From an uncultured Eubacteriales bacterium (GTDB lineage Bacteria; Bacillota; Clostridia; TANB77; CAG-508): DNA of 54,135 bases. The first letter of the stretch is position 1; each line of letters begins with the position of its first letter. Below are positions 49,209-54,135 of the stretch, piece by piece. The notes under the pieces were generated by a model. It saw only the letters and a list, made by a program, of their open reading frames with translations. It ran no database searches and was not told the origin of the DNA. The translations under genes and the position numbers were made by a program. The stretch is taken from positions 1 through 54,135 of the forward strand of contig CASEIX010000038.1 of NCBI GenBank assembly GCA_949288095.1, read 5' to 3'.

Positions 49209-49931
49209 ATGATATTAGAATTAGAAAATATATGTTTTGAAAGAGATAACAAAAAAATATTAAACAATATAAATTTAAAAATAGATTTAGGAAAATTTAT
49301 TGCTATTACAGGACCAAACGGATCAGGAAAATCAACATTAGTAAAAATGATCATGGGAATTGAGCAACCAGATTCAGGAAAAATTATCTTTGATGGAAAA
49401 GATATTACCAATATGGAAATTAATGAAAGAGCAAAGTTGGGAATTAGTTTTGGGTTTCAACAACCAGTTAAATTTAAAGGAATCACAGTTTATGACTTAT
49501 TAAAAATAGCAGCACATAAAAAAATAACGAAAAAAGAAGCTTGTGATGCATTAGCAAAAGTTGGTTTATGTGCAAAAGAATATGTAGATAGAGAAGTAAA
49601 TGGATCTTTATCTGGTGGAGAATTAAAAAGAATTGAAATTGCAACTGTTGCTTTAAGACAAACAAAACTAACCATATTTGATGAGCCAGAAGCAGGGATT
49701 GACTTATGGAGTTTTAACAATTTAATAGATGTATTCCAAACAATGAGTAAAATCACAAAAGGGACAACCATTATCATATCACACCAAGAAAAAATCTTAG
49801 AAATAGCTGATGAAATCATATTAATGAAATCAGGAAAAATACAAAAAATTGGTACAAGTGAAGAAATATTAAATAATGAGATAAAAAATAAAGGTTGTTG
49901 TAAAATAAATAAAGAATGTCAAAAAGATTAA
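49209..49931 (+). CDS. SufC/SmsC-like ABC ATPase
   Basis: GPNGSGKST, FQQP, LSGGELKRIE, DEPEAGIDLWSF; C-terminal GCC..C. Confidence 0.88.
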   Translation: MILELENICFERDNKKILNNINLKIDLGKFIAITGPNGSGKSTLVKMIMGIEQPDSGKIIFDGKDITNMEINERAKLGISFGFQQPVKFKGITVYDLLKIAAHKKITKKEACDALAKVGLCAKEYVDREVNGSLSGGELKRIEIATVALRQTKLTIFDEPEAGIDLWSFNNLIDVFQTMSKITKGTTIIISHQEKILEIADEIILMKSGKIQKIGTSEEILNNEIKNKGCCKINKECQKD

Positions 49932-50054
49932 ATTATGTAAGTGTTTGAATAAGAACTTTAAAGACAATGATAAGAAAAACATATTAGGGAAGAAATAGAT
50001 TTATTTGTAATGTACAAACCAAAAATCATACAGAAAGAAGGGAAGATAGAAAAT

Positions 50055-50987
50055 ATGGAGTCAAATAATTTAAATCAAATAGATGAACAACTTTTGAATG
50101 AAGTTTCTAATTTAGAAAATATGACAAAAGGTGCATACAATATTAGAAAGAATGGAAAAGGTGTAGAAAGACAAGTAACAGAAAATGTCAATATTGTCAC
50201 CAAAAAAGATGTATCAGGAATTGATATTTATGTAAAAGAAAATACAAAATTTGAATTTATACATATACCAGTTATCATTACAGAAAGTGGATTAAAAGAC
50301 TTAGTATATAACGATTTTCATATTGGAAAAAATGCTAATGTCATTATAGTAGCAGGATGTGGAATTCATAATGATCATCATAAAGATTCAGAACATGATG
50401 GTATTCATAGATTTTACCTTGAAGAAGGAGCTAAAGTAAGATATATAGAAAAACATTATGGAGAAGGAAATGGAGACGGAAAAAGAATTTTAAATCCGGT
50501 AACAGAAGTATATTTAAAAGCAGGAAGTAGCTTAGAAATGGAAAGTGTACAAATCAAAGGTGTTAGTTCAACCATTAGAGAAACAAAAGGCATTTTAGAA
50601 AAAGATACTAACTTTGTAGTAACAGAAAAAATCATGACAGATGGAAATCAATATGCAAAAACTATTTTTGATGTACAACTAAATGGAGAAAACTCTAGTA
50701 CACATGTTACTTCTAGATCTGTTGCAACAGAAAACTCAAAACAAGAATTTGTTTCTAAAATATATGGAAATGAAAAATGTTTTGCACATAGTGAATGTGA
50801 TGCCATTATAAAAGATAATGCCATTGTTACAGCGACACCTGAAATCACAGCAAATAATGTAGAAGCTAATTTAATCCATGAAGCAGCTATTGGAAAAATT
50901 GCAGGTGAACAATTAACAAAATTAATGACACTAGGGCTATCTGAAAAGGAGGCAGAAGAGGAAATCATTAATGGATTTTTGAGATAA
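50055..50987 (+). CDS. SufB/SufD (SmsB-like) Fe-S scaffold
   Basis: AGCGIHN, HSECDAII, LIHEAAIGKIA, LMTLGLSEKEAE. Confidence 0.88.
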   Translation: MESNNLNQIDEQLLNEVSNLENMTKGAYNIRKNGKGVERQVTENVNIVTKKDVSGIDIYVKENTKFEFIHIPVIITESGLKDLVYNDFHIGKNANVIIVAGCGIHNDHHKDSEHDGIHRFYLEEGAKVRYIEKHYGEGNGDGKRILNPVTEVYLKAGSSLEMESVQIKGVSSTIRETKGILEKDTNFVVTEKIMTDGNQYAKTIFDVQLNGENSSTHVTSRSVATENSKQEFVSKIYGNEKCFAHSECDAIIKDNAIVTATPEITANNVEANLIHEAAIGKIAGEQLTKLMTLGLSEKEAEEEIINGFLR

Positions 50988-51383
50988 AATATATAATTAT
51001 CAAATTATATATAAAAAATATTTATAAAATAAAAGATAAAGCTAGAGTATAGAAATAAAAAATCAAACGATAAAATATTAATATAAATAGTATAAAACTG
51101 ATAATGAAAAATAATTATCAGTTTTTTGTAATATGTGATATAGAAAAATGCTATGTATTTTTTGTTGTCGACAATTTGTGTGCTCTTTTGAAAAGTTAAA
51201 GGTATAAATATAAAGTTAAATTAGAAAATTAAGAAAAGTTGTCGAGAAACAATATGTTTTTTATTAGAAATAGAATGTTGTATAAGTAGGATTTTTTGCC
51301 AGAACGAGAAATGTGAAATTATGGTGAATTTTAAGAAAAAACAAAATTTTATGATATAATGAAATAAAAATGGAGTAAAGTAC

Positions 51384-52472
51384 ATGAGTAAAAAAGGAAA
51401 ACATTCAAAAGAAGAAAAAAATAAGTTAAAAATTGATAGTAAAATACTAAAAATAGGACTTTCTATATGTGCAGTTATTGCAATAGGAATTGTTATATAT
51501 AGTTATATTATGAGAAGTAAAGAAGAGGTAAATGAACAAGTAGAAGAACAAAAAGAAGAGGAAAGCATGGAAACAGCAAGCATAGAAGAACCAATTATTG
51601 AAGAAACAGTAGATAACAATATAGAAAATTTGATAAATCAAATTATGACAGAAAATAACTTAAACGAAAACAACTTTTTCTTTTTCTTTTACAATGTAGA
51701 AGAAAAAAAGTATTATTTTTATAATGAAAATACATATTTCACAGCAGCAAGTACGATAAAAGTTCCAGTTGCTATGCTGTATTATGATAAAATAGCAGAT
51801 GGAGAACTAAACTTATCAGACACCTTAATATATAATCGTGATGACTATGAAGCAGGAGATGGAAGTACTGCTACGGATTATTTAGTAGGAGAAAAAATAC
51901 CAATTTCTTATTTATTAGAACAAACCATAGTAAATAGTGATAATACGGCATTAAATATTTTAATAAATCATATAGGCTATCAAAAATGTAAAGAAGAATT
52001 AACAAAATATTCTGATATAGAACCTATAGAAGATTTTTATTCATTAAATGTTGCAAATGTTTCATATTATTATGATGTATTACAATATCTATATCAAAAT
52101 GCCGATAAATATAGTGAATTAATTGAAAATATGAAAATATCATCAGGTGGAGGATATCTAAAAGCCAATTTACCACAGTATGAAGTAGCTCACAAATATG
52201 GATCTTATGACGGATATGTGCATGATTATGGCATTATCTATGGTCAAAATACATATTTAATAGGTGTATTTACAAATGAAGTTGCAAACGCAAGTGATTT
52301 GATAGCAGATATAGGAGAACAAGTTGTTACTTGTGTGGAAGCAGAGGAATTAGAAGAAACAAATGAGACGGAGAATAGTACTAATTCTGTTGAAACAACA
52401 GATACCAATATGGCTAATACTTTAGAGATACAAGAAAATGATAATGTGAATATTACAGAAGAAGTTGAATAA
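51384..52472 (+). CDS. Membrane-anchored serine hydrolase of class A beta-lactamase-like fold
   Basis: ASTIK, SDN, HKYG; N-terminal TM. Confidence 0.82.
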   Translation: MSKKGKHSKEEKNKLKIDSKILKIGLSICAVIAIGIVIYSYIMRSKEEVNEQVEEQKEEESMETASIEEPIIEETVDNNIENLINQIMTENNLNENNFFFFFYNVEEKKYYFYNENTYFTAASTIKVPVAMLYYDKIADGELNLSDTLIYNRDDYEAGDGSTATDYLVGEKIPISYLLEQTIVNSDNTALNILINHIGYQKCKEELTKYSDIEPIEDFYSLNVANVSYYYDVLQYLYQNADKYSELIENMKISSGGGYLKANLPQYEVAHKYGSYDGYVHDYGIIYGQNTYLIGVFTNEVANASDLIADIGEQVVTCVEAEELEETNETENSTNSVETTDTNMANTLEIQENDNVNITEEVE

Positions 52473-52703
52473 GATCAAAAAATAAGAAATGAGAAATGAG
52501 AAATAAAAAATGAAAATGAAAAAAATTGAAAAATAAGAAATAAGAAAAAATGAGAATGAAAATCAAAAATAAGAAATTGAAAAGCTACTGTGTAAATAAA
52601 TATATAAAAAATAGCTCTAACTTATTAAAGCTTAATAGGTTAGAGTTACTATGTTTATTATGATTTATATGTCTTGTAAGAATAAGTTTAAGAATAAAAA
52701 ATA

Positions 52704-53084
52704 TTATTCAACTTCTTTTTTCCATAAACCATGTTTATTACAATAAGCATATAAGCATGAACCAGGGATATATGGAAAACGACATTCAGCATTTTGTTCT
52801 GGATATAATTTAACCATATATTCTTTATTATCTGCTACTAAAGCTACCCATTCAATAAAATGTTCTTTTTCCATAACATGATTTACTGTAACAAAAATTT
52901 CATCCTCAACTTTTTCATAATTAGGAACATGTTTTTCAACTGCGGCGTCAACTGAATTTGGTTTTAAAATTTCCATTGGTTCACCACAGCAAACAATACC
53001 ACATCCTTCACAATTGCAGTCTTCAATGACCTTTACTGTTGCTCCACAAGATTTACATCTTTTTATAACTAATTCATTTTTCAT
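52704..53084 (-). CDS. dfx: Desulfoferrodoxin (superoxide reductase)
   Basis: CKSCG..CCGEPM, EKHVP, HVMEKEHFIEW, CNKHGLW. Confidence 0.93.
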   Translation of the reverse strand: MKNELVIKRCKSCGATVKVIEDCNCEGCGIVCCGEPMEILKPNSVDAAVEKHVPNYEKVEDEIFVTVNHVMEKEHFIEWVALVADNKEYMVKLYPEQNAECRFPYIPGSCLYAYCNKHGLWKKEVE

Positions 53085-53454
53085 AATAATCCATCCTTTC
53101 TTTTTTACTTTTTTATAATGATTATAGTATAAAAGGTATTTATTTCAATATTTACCTTTTTGCAAGCTTAGTATATCACAATATAATAAAAAAATATACT
53201 GTTTTTAGATTTTAATTGTTAATTTATAATTTATTTTTTATTATTTATTGTTTATTTTTTTTGTCTTTCTTTGTTCTTGTTTTAGCATTTTGTTCCTTTA
53301 GCTTAGGAATATTTTTGGCTTTTTTGAATATAATATATAAGATGATAAAGTTTGATTGGTGGGCATTCATTAAAATTTGAAAATGATTCTAATTTTAAAA
53401 TAGGAGTTTAAAATTTAAAGCTTATTGGAAAATATTGTATTTTTTCTAAAAGTG

Positions 53455-53483
53455 TTGACATTGCACTTTATTAGTAGTATAAT
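53455..53483 (+). promoter_or_regulatory. Consensus sigmaA promoter of tRNA-fMet
   Basis: TTGACA-17-TATAAT. Confidence 0.85.
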
Positions 53484-53503
53484 TATTTTTGTAAAATTTA
53501 TAT

Positions 53504-53579
<76 letters not shown>

Positions 53580-53846
53580 AAGTATATATCACTAGAACTG
53601 TGACGGTTTTAGTGATTTTTTGTTGCTTAAAAATTGGTTGCAATAATGCTTGAAAATGGCATTTTTATGTAGAATGGGGGAAAAGTTGGGGAAGAAATCC
53701 TCAAAAACCATTGATATTTCTAATAAATTTTCAGTAAAAGACTATGGGAAACCTAATTTTATATTTAGTAGTCTTTTACTTTTTTATCGTGAAAAATTTA
53801 ATGACTTTTTAAATCACTTTAGTGAAATTTGAAAAAAGATTTTAGA

Positions 53847-54135
53847 CTAGTTTTTTTGTAGTAACAAGTTTTGTAATACATTTCCTGCATTTCTATTATG
53901 AGAAATAATAGGGTGTACATAGAAATTAAATGTTGTTGTAATTTGTGCATGACCTAATCTTGCTGCTACTACTGCTACATCAATATTTTGCGATATTAAA
54001 AGTGTAGCGTTTGTGTGTCTTAACCCGTGAAAGTTAATTACAGGTAGGCCTATTTGTGCTACATATTTTACAAACCATTTGCTAATTGTAGAAGGGTGCA
54101 TAGGTTTGCCATCAGCTTGTACAAATAACCTATTA
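53847..54135 (-). CDS. Tyrosine integrase, C-terminal part (runs off the window)
   Basis: FHGLRHTNATLL, RLGHAQITTTFNFY; points toward tRNA-fMet. Confidence 0.9.
   Translation of the reverse strand, partial: NRLFVQADGKPMHPSTISKWFVKYVAQIGLPVINFHGLRHTNATLLISQNIDVAVVAARLGHAQITTTFNFYVHPIISHNRNAGNVLQNLLLQKN

Noticed and set aside
51384-52472. Functional beta-lactamase resistance gene
   Set aside because: Membrane-anchored, KYG instead of KTG; more like a wall-associated serine hydrolase
52478-52582. Degenerate A-rich 6-7-bp repeats (AAATGAG/AAATAAG)
   Set aside because: Low-complexity intergenic sequence with no evidence of function

Overview
AT-rich chromosomal segment, probably from a spore-forming gut clostridial Firmicute (inferred from gene content, Spo0A-type boxes and sigmaE-like promoters). 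An ~11.4 kb integrative mobilizable element (IME) sits in the 3' end of tRNA-Pro(UGG), bounded by a 12-bp direct repeat (2184-2195 / 13558-13569). It carries RepA_N, TnpV, oriT/MobC/MOBP relaxase, Xis and a tyrosine integrase, and its cargo includes an AbiEi-AbiEii-Ser/Thr kinase operon. The main candidate novelty is two unrelated proteins without a recognisable signal peptide, a 3x70-aa repeat protein and an R-S-ExE ADP-ribosyltransferase. Each is closely followed by a homologous small 'MIN..TEV..KIP' partner gene, suggesting a polymorphic effector-adaptor system. Also notable are a compact GC-rich structured RNA upstream of xis, convergent promoter pairs around xis/int, a 261-bp palindromic element, and a lectin-amidase gene split at a U_UUU_UUA slippery site. 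The rest is mostly housekeeping, envelope and Fe-S genes with 5 tRNAs in total, and a second integrase begins after tRNA-fMet. All calls come from motif recognition only; no searches were run.
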